Below, in pieces: positions 38,264 through 51,031 of a stretch of 64,000 nucleotides of DNA. Numbering within the stretch: position 1 is the stretch's first letter; the number at the start of each line of letters is the position of its first letter. This DNA is from Octopus vulgaris (Eukaryota). The notes under the pieces were generated by a model. That model saw only the letters and a program-made list of their open reading frames with translations. It was not told the DNA's origin and ran no database searches. The stretch is taken from NCBI GenBank assembly GCA_951406725.2, contig OX597819.1:82026001-82090000 (forward strand), in the 5' to 3' direction. The position numbers and the translations under genes are program-made.

Positions 38264-40425
38264 TTAGACATATAATCAAAGATAATCGTGACAATCTGAC
38301 AATTTCGTCTCTTTGGGACACTACATAAGACTGCATTATGATGTCTCCTTTGTTTTTTAAGATGTCGGTGTGATTTGACGAAGATATAGCTATTACCTTT
38401 AGGAGACCAAGCGACTGCGTAAGAGGCTTCTCTGTTGGCTCGTATTATTCCTTGTCGTTCTTAAAATCAGTTTTATGGAAAATAAGCGGAGTTGTGACAG
38501 TTTTGATGTATCGGTGTGATTATTTATTTTTAGCTTAAATCAGTAACTGGATAAACTTGGAATATAGTGTTGTTCTTGAAGTTGTTCCAATATTTTCATA
38601 TTTTAAGATCTTCAGTTACATTTCAAGACGGCAACTTATTCCAATATTTCGAATAATTATAGAAGACATCGTTTAGCAAATGAATTTTAAAAAATTATAT
38701 ATGTAAACTTATTATTGCTGAATCTGAACTTTGAATTGGAAACAAATTTTATTTATAGTCTCAGCAACCAGAAGTTCACAAATTCGTCTGATCTTTTGTA
38801 TAGATATTCCCTGTCTATTTTAGGCACCTCTCAGAAAACTGATTTCTTGTATATTTCCACTTATACCTGTCCTTAGATCAATGATTAAATCATAAATGTT
38901 CATAGATCTCACCTTACAATTACTTAATATCAATATTTTCTACGATATATTATACTGGAATATTAGTGAAACTCTTATCACAAGAGATTAGGAATCAGTT
39001 TTAATGTTTAACTATATAGAAGTTCATGGTTTTGAGCCCAAATTCTGATTTATCTCTTTATTGTACAATCAATACAATACACGTCATTGATTTACTCATT
39101 CCATATAAGAATATTTATTTAACTCTAAAATAATTTTTGATTTATTACCCTTGAAGTGAACATGCTAGTTTAACAATCATGAGATAACGTTTTCGACCTT
39201 ATGAGATCTCTCTCAGCAAGATACAGTGAGAATTACACATTTTCTTTTCAGTGGATTTCTTCTGCATGTAAACCATCAGAAAATTAATGTGCGGACTAAT
39301 TTATAGGAGTCTATTGTCAGTTCATTTACGATGCTAATATCCTTAGTGCATGGATGAACACCACATATTTTCTTTCCTTTACTTATAAACGTATGGCTGA
39401 TTAAGAAATGGCTTAGATTGAATAAGAAATCAATATTTTGTTGTACTCTCTAATGTAAACTGGCTTTGCATCTTATCAAAAACGATATACTATAGTTATA
39501 AAAATGTCACATACAATGCTCAAATGTTGTGATAAATTTTTATGGCCCAAAACACATTAACCAAATTCATTATTCTTATACGTCTATACTTAGTACTAAC
39601 TGTCATGGGAGCTATTTATTTGGACTGTATCATTTCTGTTAGGAAACTCTATGCACGAATGCTTCAAAAAATTCAATATAGTGTTTTTGTCTTCCCGAAG
39701 GAAACTTTGTTGTTTCTATAGCTGCCAAGTTTCACCGCTTAAGATTTGTATTTGCTCTAATGTGCTTTGGAATAAAAAGGTTTCTTAAACTATGTCGTAG
39801 AAATTTACCTAAATGCGTGATAAATCGTTTTGATATCACTTTTCTCATATATTTGATGCGTTTTGATGCGTATATCATTGAACGTACCTTTTTTTTTTCC
39901 ACTAACCAATGGAATAATTATAGTTTGACAATAAAACAGAAATATACCACTGGCTGTTTAAATTCTATAATATCTATTTGCAGCAACAAATTTTGTTGTT
40001 TCAAATAAGTGTAGATGTTCCTAAGTTGCTTGTCAGTGGGTATCTTGATATTATTGTTAGCGTACGAGACATATTGATGAGGCATACGATCTGATGAATC
40101 AATCGTTATCCAACTGGCACTCAAAGAATATGGACAAGAGTCGAAAAAGGGGTAGGTTTCTATGTGGTCTTCAATATCAAAACCCCGCTCACAGCAAAAC
40201 AAAACTCTAAAAAAAACTAAAACACAATGGGCTGCAAATCGTAACTCTCACTGGTTTAAGCTAGGAATTAGACATAAGATAAAATAGTACTAAATATATA
40301 AGCTAGAAAACAAACGTATTTCCATAAGTCTCAACTAATGTGAAGAAAACAAAAATATGACCAAATACCTCTCTATATTATATATATATTTGTGTACCTG
40401 TGGGTATAAAAAGTTTGTAATAGTT

Positions 40426-42826
40426 TACTGGGCAACAAAACATAGTCTATTGGGTAACAAAAAAGGGATTTATTGTCTGCTACCCACACAAATGGTGCTG
40501 TACTAAATTAATCGAGGACGCTAAACTCAGAATTGATATAGCACGTCGAAATTTTAAGTTATAAATATAATTATATATTAATAGCAATAATAAATCTCTG
40601 AACGAGATGTAAACAGTAACACATTATATATTAATACTATATTAGAATCAGGAATAGTTAAGTTCAAGGTAAATTTTATTATAGTAGTATATTAGAACTG
40701 TATAAAGTAAATTTATGTTCAAAGTAAATATTAATTTTAATATAATGGTACATAATATATTTATGTTAAGAGAATAGTTTATTTTTGATATGCTCAACTC
40801 AGAAATGTTTCAGACACTTGCTCTTGCGCTTATGCGTCGTGCTGTTCTTCTGTTGTACGAATCAGCAGTAGTCACCGATCATGCGTGGATTGAACCGGCC
40901 TTGATACCTCGTTTCCATCTCAGATATGTCCTGGTGGAACCTTTCACCATGCTCATCACTAACGGCACCAAGATTCGTTGGAAAAGAATCGAGATGACAA
41001 TGCAAGAAGTGAATTTTAAGGGACATTCGGCATCCCATTCTTTCATACGTTGTTAGCATGTTGTCTATTAAATCAGCATTGTTTTCAGTTCTGTGATTTC
41101 CAAGACAATTCTGTCCTACTGATACAAATGAATCCCATGCTGTCAGCTCAACTGGATTCAGTTTTCCTCTGAATTTGCTATCAGATATCAATTCTCTGAT
41201 CTCGGGTCCAATGAAAATGCCTTCAGTTTTGCGTTATTTTTCTCTGCACCAAATTTTACTTTTAGGTACTGGAAGCCACAACCATCGTGTGTCATTGCTT
41301 TTACAAAGATTTTCATGAGGCCGAGTCTGATTTGAAGGTTTGGAAGGAAGATCTTTTGCGGTTCAACCAGTGGCATATGCTGCACATTGTATCTATCAAC
41401 TAGGCGCTCATCTCTCTTAGGCTAGTCTTTTACAGCTGTTCCAAACACACAAGAAGCATGTATTTTCGGTATATCCCAGCTGCAGTCCTAGGAGGAGAGG
41501 AATTACCTTTAAAAAATCGCAAATATTCCACTTATGAACTGAGTAATTAACTCCTTTCAGAATGCGTTCCATCTAGTCATAAGTTTCTTCCATACAAACA
41601 ACATGACCCACATGAATGGAAGGATTTTCATTACCATTATGTAACAACACAGCTTTGAGGCTAACTTTACTCGAGTCTGCAAACAATCTTTATTCGTTAG
41701 CCATATGCACGTGTCCTAGTTTTTGCATGAGTCCATTAGCGTCTGTATAGAAACAAGCATTGTCTTCCTGCTTGAAAATGACAGATAAGCCTTTATGGCG
41801 AGAAAGGAAAACGGAAATTTTTGTATCTTGCTATAGGAGATTCCGTTGGTGTAGTTTGGATTCCATAACCTCGGCCCTTTCCTTTAACAATGCTAGGTCT
41901 CTTGCTAAATCGTTCAAATTTTTTTGATGAAACTAACCTAGCTCATTTTTCTTAAAATCAACTACGTACTCTTTTCGTCGTTAGGAGAGTCAGAGGGTTC
42001 ATCGTGCGACGTGTCAAGATTTTCAAATAAAGCATGTGTAAGAGTTCTCGAAATCATGTGGGACCGGTTTTAGAGCCGACTTGCATTCTGCATACACAAC
42101 TTTTGCTTTGGTCTTCTTCGAGTGACCATTAACATTAGTCATGAAAAAGTAACAATCAAAGACATTATTGGTAGGCTCACGCCATACCATTGGTACAGCA
42201 AAAGGGAATTCCCTTCTGTTTTTCATTCAGCCACTGTGTAAGCCCTGAGTAACACATGCAGCATATATGAGGTGCCCACCTCTTGTCTTGGTCCCCAACT
42301 TTACATCCGAAATGATATTTTCAGGCAGTTTTTAATTTGGTGGAAATGTTATTCTGCTAGTCATGCGGAGCAAATTTTCTACAGTCATAACAAAAGTTGC
42401 CTGTGTGGTTCACACATCCTGTCCAATTCATGATCTAACACAATGAACACAGTTAAAACAGTAATCACGCAAAGCGTGGCGAGGCACATACCACACATGA
42501 GGGCAGCGCAGACGAAACTGAGAGTTACCAAGAACAAACTGACGTATTTGTCATTGCACACAATACGTCAGTGCCATCTATTGCTAAACTAAATAATGAA
42601 CTTTCTCATCGTTTGTTTTATATGTTGTTTCTTTAATTTTGAATTCAGACCGCTTTCACTTTAGCAAATTCTATAATACGGCCTATATCTAGCCGAAAGT
42701 ATAGTTATAAACTTGTGCATGCGCATAACTCAAAATCCTGACGTGGTAGAACAATTCTGTGTGCGGAATCAACGTCTTTGAGTTAATCAAGGGCACATGC
42801 TCTAGACTAAATCTTTGTTGTCTAGA
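40426..42826 (-). mobile_element. Chapaev3-type DNA transposon, copy 2, near full length but inactive
   Basis: FPFAVPMVWREPTNNVFDCYF, LQIRLGLMKIFVKA, MSLKIHFLHCHLDSFPTNLGAVSDEHGERFHQDISEMETRYQGR; ends tactgggcaacaaaa / tttgttgtctag. Confidence 0.9.
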
Positions 42827-42867
42827 ATTACCTTGAGTAACACATCAGTTCAAATAAAATTATATAC

Positions 42868-43019
42868 TGATTTCAAATTTTGGCACAAGGCTAGCAATTT
42901 AGAGGGAGGGGTAAGTCGATTAAATTGATCCCAATCATCAGCAGGATCTCAATCAATCCCGAAACGATGAAAGGGTAAGCCGTCCTCGGCAGCATTTGAA
43001 CTCAAAACGTAAAGACGAA
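42868..43019 (-). mobile_element. Family A SINE, truncated
   Basis: tttcaaattttggcacaagg...gggtaagtcgatt...tttgaactcaaaacgtaaagacgaa. Confidence 0.85.
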
Positions 43020-43137
43020 TTGAGAATATATTCCCTTACACCTATAATCGCAGCCAGACCACGTACTGGCAAAACGCATAACTTGTGTATGTGTGTTCGA
43101 TATTGTCTAATATATATATGTGTGTGTGTATGTATGC

Positions 43138-43169
<32 letters not shown>

Positions 43170-43172
43170 TCA

Positions 43173-43224
<52 letters not shown>

Positions 43225-43476
43225 AATATATACGTATATATATATGTAAGCATGTATATGTGTGTGTATGTGTGTGTGTATGAATAGGTTAAATGAAATA
43301 AGACAACAAAGCCAAGGCAGTGTTGTCTCATTTTATTTAACCTATACTCGATCACACACAGACCGCGTTATTCTCCTCATTCATACTATTATCGAATCGG
43401 GAGTCTAACAGTGGTCCCTCATAGCATTTACACAGCCTTACCTGCTTTTTGTGTCTTCTGGATACCAAAACCTTTC

Positions 43477-43517
<41 letters not shown>

Positions 43518-43749
43518 ATTTCAAAAAGAACAATTCAAACTTTTTGAGAGGTCCAAAAAGAAAGAAAGAATGATTTCTAATAAAAATTCATCATATTCAT
43601 AAAAATGAGCCAGAGCAAGTAATAAGAATATGAAAATAGTAGTTGAAAAGTATCGTTTTAGGTATAAAAATACCATAAACAATTATAGAAAAATGGAGGA
43701 GAAAAAACGTTGGATCAAAATTAGATTTAATACAAAATAGGATTCAATA

Positions 43750-43845
43750 CTTACGCGCGTTTCAAAAGACAATACAAATATGTAGAGAAAAATTATAACC
43801 ATAGCAATTATAATTATTAAATTTATGCATTGTCATTTTCACCAG
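43750..43845 (-). ncRNA. Degenerate hammerhead-like motif with long helix II
   Basis: CTGGTGA - AAATGACAATGCA/TGTATTGTCTTTT - GAAA-CGCGCG-TA; A6G change and no helix I. Confidence 0.45.
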
Positions 43846-44380
43846 TGAGAATAATTTTTGTAAGGACATCAAAAAATGGCTTAATAAAATAAAGTAAAAT
43901 AAAATAAGATACAATAAGGAAGAATACAAGTGGGGTAATAGGGGGAAAATCGGATATTTGCAAGCAAGTTTTAAAAGGGGGAAAAATCACAGTAATAATA
44001 ATAGTAAGAGAGACGAAAGGGGGAAAAAAGACATATCAATGTGTATGCACATCTATATGTGCGGTAAACTATGACATAAAAATAAGAATGAAAAGCTAAC
44101 GTGTATGTTTTAAAAAATGGTAAGAGGTCGAAACAAAATATAATAAATAGGGCCACGTGTGCATAGTAGAAAATAACGTAACAGGTGGACTAGTAGAAAA
44201 AAGTCATAGAGTTATACATATACACATTAATATTGAAAAACGAAAAAATATATGTATATATATATATATATAATATTAATTAGAGACAAAACCACTATTA
44301 TGCAAATCAAACAAAGAAAGACTTAATCCAATACATAAAAAATTTTATATAAATTAAATAAAATTAAATTCGCCACTACA

Positions 44381-44453
<73 letters not shown>

Positions 44454-44879
44454 GAGGCTAAAAAGTCATAGGCAAGACTATGTTTGAAAAAAGTTACAAT
44501 AATAAAGTAAAATGTACAAACATGCAGAAAAAAGAACAAAGAGAACTTAACAAACTTGTTAAGGCAGATTTATTTCTAGCACGTAAAGAAAACGATGTTG
44601 TAGAAATGTACACAGCACGTTCCTACAGCTTTACTATGAGTTGCTTAAATACTGAGATTGAAAAACAGGGACGAATTTTGCCTACCTAATCTACAAAAAA
44701 ATAGAATATTTTGCATTTCATGTATAGTAATCAGAGTAACCTTCCTAATTGTACTGAATTAGGTGCATGTTTTGCCATAAAAGGAAAATGTAACTATCTA
44801 TCTATTTTGTTCAAGGTAGGCACTGCCTACCTTGCCTACCTAGACAGCACGTCTCTGATATATACGTATGCCTGTATGT

Positions 44880-45090
44880 ATATGTGTCGCTTTACATTTG
44901 TGTTTGTCCCCACCCACCATCTCTTGAGAACCAGGGCTGTTTTTTCATTCCCCTATGGCTCTGCTACTCGGCAAAAGATTGATAGAAGTAGTACTAGACT
45001 ATGTACAGGGCTCGATTTGTTCGACTAAATCATTCAAGGCGCTGTCCCAGCATGGTCGCAGTCCAGTGACTGTAACAAGTAAAAAAAGTA
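44880..45090 (+). mobile_element. Family B SINE 3' half
   Basis: tgtgtttgtccccacc...tcgatttgttcgactaaa...ccagcatggtcgcagtccagtgactg. Confidence 0.8.
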
Positions 45091-46424
45091 AAAAAATAAA
45101 ATGTTGTCAACATATTTAAGGTAGTAATTAGGAGTAATTATGACATGAGAAAAAATAATATTAGTCAATGAACAGAATTATTTTAAGCATCATGACAGAA
45201 AAGAACTAATGGGAAATAATTATGCTGCGAGGAAAAGACTAGATTAGTTATGGACTAATTGTTATTTTAATCTTTCAGGCAAATACGAGAAAAGAGTGGG
45301 AAACTAATAAGGTGAGCTCTGTCTCTGAGAAATAAGTATTTCGGTCATGAGCGCTGTACTGTATCTCTGGCAGAATACGAACTACTGACCAGTTGATTTC
45401 CTTATCAGAAGTAATCGCTTCGTTCTGTTGCTGCTGTAATCTACACAGTTGATTGGTATCAACTTTTCAACATTATAGGCGGCATGAAAAGGTATATAAT
45501 ACAAATATTATATATTATAGGTTTTTAATATAACGAATGAATGAAATAAATACGAGAAATTAACTGGAATGACTGTATATGATTTCTCAAAATTTGAATA
45601 CTTATCTTTCGACATTTCCAATCTAAGCTTCAGGGAATTCACATTGTACTTCTTTATATATAGATTTTGAAATATCTAATTTTGAAATCATATTATTAAT
45701 TTCAAGAGAAACTATCCTTCTCAAGAAGCTTAGCTAAAAGACGCATAAAATATTTAACGGTATGTTTAGTTGAATATACAAGGAAACGAGTAATTTCTCA
45801 ACAAATACATCTAAGAAACCTTTCCTAGGAATATCTTGTCAGCTCTTATGATTAGGAGTCTTTCTGGCCTTGGAATCATAGATTTGTATCCTTATTCTGA
45901 TGAGGATGTTTCCATACATTACATCATAATTATCTAAAAGCAGAGATTTAAAATAAAAAAAGCCCTTTCAAGATTCACAAGGAAGCTTTTATAGAGGGAA
46001 AATAGGATTTATATTTTGATTTGAATTTGTAATGCTACACAATAGAGCTGATGGCTAGTTTATGTATACTGAACTAGTGCTATAGTCCTTATTGGACCTG
46101 GTTCGGTTAAAAGAGACATGAGCAAACGTCACAATTTCCTACTATAAACCGTGTATTTCAATATACAATATCTTCTAGATATATGTTTGTATAAATATTT
46201 CTGCATAGTTACACATTTTTATGTATACATTTACATATGTTATGTGTATATATATAAATGTATGTATTAACTATGGAAAGTGACTTGTTGTGGATGGTGG
46301 TAGTGATTGAATTCTTTTTTGATGCGACCAGAATGAATATTCCTATCATTGGATAGGAAGAAGAAGACGAAGAAGGAGACAGACTAATAAGAGAATGCAG
46401 GATCGTAGGATAGTAGTAGGATTT

Positions 46425-46882
46425 CAAACGGTAGATATTGCTTGGAGTTCGTATATATCTGTTTCTATTACGTTCTTAGATTTCTTAATGAGGATGTCGC
46501 GGAAGGGAAGTTGTTGATGGCTACATTCCATCGTGAATAAAATGTTTACGTCAAGTCTATTTATAAGTGCTTGAAATTCTTTAAGTATCTCTATCTTCTA
46601 ATGCCAAAGAATGAAACAGTCATCCAGGTATCTCTTCCAGTTATTTTCTTTGTAGAGGGAGAATGGGCTGCCGTATTTTCCTAGAACCTTACGATAAAGA
46701 CTAATTTCTAGATATCCCATGACTAGGTTAGCAAAGAAGGGAGCCATTCTTAAACCCATCGCAGTCCCCGATTTTTGTCGATATAAGTTGTCTTTGAAGA
46801 CGAAGTAGTTATTCTCCAAGATAAATTTTAGCCCGTCTATCACGAATTCTTTTTTGATGCGACCAGAATGATAGGAATATTC
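46425..46882 (-). pseudogene. Penelope-like element reverse transcriptase fragment
   Basis: ILENNYFVFKDNLYRQKSGTAMG..MAP.FANLVMG...WKRYLDDCF...FTME...LPF.DILI...TDIY..SKQYLPF. Confidence 0.93.
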
Positions 46883-47053
46883 ACTTTACTACTACTGCTG
46901 TTTAGAATAACACCTACGCAAATATTATAAACAATGCATTCAAAAGATATATCTCAAGAATTCAATCACTACTACCATCCACAACAAGTCTCTTTCAGTG
47001 CACTTGACCATTTAACATCCTGCTACTCTCATAGCTCTCCCGCATTATCTTTT

Positions 47054-47167
47054 TCTTCTTCTTCTTCTTCTTCTTCTTCTTCTTCTTCTTCTTCTTCTTC
47101 TTCTTCTTCTTCTTCTTCTTCTTCTTCTTCTTCTTCTTCTTCTTCTTCTTCTTCTTCTTCTTCTTCT
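47054..47167. repeat. (CTT)n microsatellite
   Basis: Direct reading of the sequence. Confidence 0.98.
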
Positions 47168-47338
47168 ACTTCTTTTTCTCTGCCAAGAATTCACAACGTC
47201 CTCGAAACCACAAGAGTAAACAAAAGAGACAGAGACAGACAGAAACAACGAAAATGTCCCTTGTATTTGAATATTATGCAAATGTTCTTTTAAAGTACTT
47301 TACATTTAATTTTTCCAAAATTTAATTGTTTTCGTTAC

Positions 47339-47380
47339 TTACAGTCGAAAAAGTCTCAATGACTGAAACCGGTACTGAAA
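47339..47380 (+). ncRNA. Minimal hammerhead-like motif with variant core (U3,C4,A8)
   Basis: Helix I (TT.)CAG/CTG(.AA); core TCGAAAA; helix II AGTC-TCAAT-GACT; GAA; palindromic helix III ACCGGT; triplet GTA. Confidence 0.6.
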
Positions 47381-47479
47381 TGTATTTTATAAAATTATTT
47401 TAGCATTTTCAATCTTGAATTTTTTTCCATATACATACATACATACATACATACATAATGCATACATGCATACATACAT

Positions 47480-47539
<60 letters not shown>

Positions 47540-48659
47540 GTATATATATATACATTAATTATATTCAAAAGTACACCCATGTATGTTTATGTGAATGTGA
47601 CGTATGTACACACACATGTATATATGTAGGTATGCATTATACTATATTTATGATTAGAAATATTACATATTATATTATATTATATTATATAGTTTCTACA
47701 GAATATATTTATATATTGGAGATTAGGATTTAGGATTCGTCTTGCTGAACTGAAATCTCTTGACATGAATCCTGCATAACTTTGTGGAGGTAACGTTAGA
47801 AGTATCCGTCAGTTATCTATGAGCCACTCGGCCGCTTTATTTAAAACAACATGGATATAACAAAATGATCATCTACTCTAAATGTTTCTCAGGGATAATG
47901 CATCGTGTTTATTCTGTTTTAGAGATTTAATTTTATAGTCAAGATAAAATGTCACCCAACTGCTACATTAACGTTTGAATCTGCTTTTCTATTCAGCAAA
48001 CAACAGAGTGAACATAAACCGACATTACATCACATTTGTGTGTATTATGTATTAGATCAACTTCTGAAGATATATGCAACTGTAATATATATGCATAAAA
48101 GCCGATGTTGAATTAGTATTGCCATTATCTCGACTATATACATATGGAAATCTGTCAAGAGCACCTTCAATTACAATAAGTGACACGGCTATTAATTTCG
48201 ATGCAATTAGACATAGAAACCAGTTATAACAGGAGTGTATAGTTACAAAGTTCGTAGCCATGTAGATCTGCATTCGGTCTCATGAAACAGTACCTTGTAC
48301 ATGTGACTGGTTGATCAATGCTGTCTGAATAGAATCTCACCAAAGTTCGTTGTTTGCACACATACAAAGATACATACACACACACACACACAAACATAAA
48401 CATACACACACCAGATACATAAATATACACACCACACATATACATATACACACAAAATTACTTACACATACACACCTTACTTGCTGCTTTATAAGACGCA
48501 CTTCTCTGTTTTGAAATGTATCAAAAATTGCTCTGTCTTATGCATAGCCAAAGGAATGTTGTAGCCTAGACACAGAATAGACTTTTGTATTTTTATATGC
48601 ATAATGTAGAATAGTTCTGATAAGTGATTTTAATATTCTTTTATTCTTTTACCAATATA

Positions 48660-48841
48660 GGTGCAGGCGTGACTGTGTGGTAAGCAGCTTGCTTGCAAAC
48701 CACATGGTTCCGGGTTCAGTCCCACTGCGTGGCACCTTGGTCAAGTGTCTCCTACTATAGCCTCGGGCCAACCAAAGCCTTGTGAGTGGATTTGGTAGAC
48801 GGAAACTGAAAGAAGTCCGTTGTATATATATATATATGTAC

Positions 48842-48891
<50 letters not shown>

Positions 48892-49051
48892 CTTTGTGTG
48901 TATGTGTTTGTCCCCCATCATCACTTGACAACCGATGTTGAGATATTTATGTCCCGGTAATCTAGCGGTTCGGCAAAAGAATAAGTCCTGGGATCGATTC
49001 GTTCGACTAAAGGCGGTGCTCCAGCATGGCCTCAGGCAAAATGACTGAAAC
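48660..49051 (+). mobile_element. Near full-length family B (CORE-type Octopus) SINE
   Basis: tRNA head (gctgtgtggtaag-like A box, gggttcagtccc B box), CORE-like gcaccttggtcaagtgtc, internal (TA)/(TG)n, tail ccagcatggcc..aatgactgaaac. Confidence 0.93.
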
Positions 49052-49369
49052 GAAATATGTACACAAAGTATTAGTGAATTTACATTACTAGACAGACATA
49101 TAAATTACAGCGAATTAAGTATAACCTGGCTTCTAACATTTTGTAAATACATATATTACTTAGATTACTGTCCTTAAAAGGATAAAAAAAAAATATGTAG
49201 ATACTCTTTCAGGACTTAAACTCTAAACTATATAATATGGAACTATAGATAGACTATATACTGTACTGCATATTGTTTAGCGACTTTACCTTTTTACTAC
49301 TATAGATATTTTATGAAAGGGAGATATTTTGTTGTACTTTCTTAATCTGCAAAATTCGCTTCATTTATT

Positions 49370-49740
49370 TCTGTTTTGCTGTACTCTTAACGGCTCTGTT
49401 TATCTTGAAATCTTATCATCATCTATAGAAGAAGCTCTCTTATATGAAAGCTTTGTCGAAAGACGTATAAGATCTTCGGTAGAAAAGTTTTTATATAAAC
49501 ACTATAATCAGAATAATTGGTCAATAAATACTTTAGAGAAGCCTTTGCGGCAATATAATTACGTCTTTTGAGTCTTTGCGATTAGTTTTATTTCAAACAG
49601 CGGGAACATTCCTTCAAAAATGGTCAGTCATCGATCATTTTAAAAAGCCGTTTGGTTATACTCTTGCTATAGGAAATTGTCCTCTAGTACTTATGTGCTA
49701 ACAACTGACTCTATTTTTATATGGCTTCCTTTAAAATACG
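49370..49740 (-). pseudogene. Decayed Penelope-type GIY-YIG endonuclease
   Basis: Minus frames ITKRLLK*SMTDH and LIRLRQSFHIREL resemble the YIGxTxRxLxxRxxEH and ExxxIxxLxP motifs. Confidence 0.45.
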
Positions 49741-50920
49741 TTATCTGATTTTCACTTGAATAGCGATTAATGATGGGATTCTGATTACTTGAGATAATAC
49801 AAAGATCCTCCAGCAATGCAAGTATACACATATACATACATGCATAAATTCATACATATATATGTGCATATGTATATATACATACATACTTACATCAATC
49901 TTCTACACACACACACGCACATATATATATATTTATACACACACACATACACACACAGATGCTTACAGTCAATATTAGTTTCTAAAATTCCGAAGAATCC
50001 TGATACTTTAAATATAATTAATATGGAATGGTATAAAATTTGTGCTTTTCCAAGTATTATAGTAGGTTAGCATGTCACAAAGAGTACTTGTTTTTGTATA
50101 CAAACTTGCATATCAATGTCATAGACAATCCAATGATTAATTAGTTTTTGTAGTCCTCAGTGTAATAACTATTGTTTCTTTATATTTGTAACCTTGCACA
50201 AATGCAATTAATTGATAAATTAATTATAAAATGGTGCTGACATATTTAAATACTAAAACATATGCGTTCTGTTATTATTTCCATTGTTTCCAACTTCGGA
50301 AATTTTCTCACAGAATTAAACAAAAACTATTTTGAGTCTGCAAATATTATTTTTCGACCTAGTAAGCGAGAGGGACAACTACAAGGATTTCTGTATTAAA
50401 GTCACATTTTTATTTATAATTATCTTAGCTACAGAACTGTAAATAGTAATCAACTTTATTCCATAAATCAATTAGTAATTTGTTAGCTCTCAACACTGAG
50501 TTCAAATCTATTTCATGAGTATCGGTTTCAGAGGGATAAACTCTTTCAAGATTACTTGCTTCACACAGCTCAATTGGTTTTATCATTAGTTGTCCTATTA
50601 AGTGTTAGTTTCTGTTTTCTACACGACACTGTGTTAGTAAATTAATCTCTTTCAGTGACAACCACAAAGCAAATAGAGTATCACAGAATTATACAAGTTA
50701 TTACTTATTTTGTTACCTTATTATACTGAATTCAACAACGAAAAATTGCAGTATAGTAGTGCTGTGGACCTTGTAAGGCATATTTTCTCCAAATAAGTTC
50801 TACACAACCGGAGTCTTTAGTAGTAATCCTAAGTTCTAATTGGTTATGGTAGTTCCTAAAAATGTTTAATTTTTTTATATCGTACATGCTTGCACAGATA
50901 AACTTCCCATCTCTTCATAC

Positions 50921-51031
50921 TGCATTGATATAATGTCTAAGTCCCAAGCGAATTATATTCCACAGTTTCAGTTCTGTCAAAGTATTTAATGCTTCTGCGA
51001 TCAGTAGATCCTTTGGGGTTGGACAACCCAT
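50921..51031 (-). CDS. Candidate 111-bp host exon, product unknown
   Basis: ttttacag acceptor; open frame MGCPTPKDLLIAEALNTLTELKLWNIIRLGLRHYINA; gtatga donor; upstream CTG|gtaagc donor at 51125. Confidence 0.35.

Noticed and set aside
39918-40202. 94-aa minus ORF preceded by an acceptor-like site
   Set aside because: No recognisable domain and no good in-frame donor.
45315-45410. Minus-strand CTGATAA-GGAAAT...ATTTCT-CAGAGA hammerhead-like relic, and possible GIY-YIG decay at 45700-46150
   Set aside because: Both cores are mutated and the peptide similarity is too weak.
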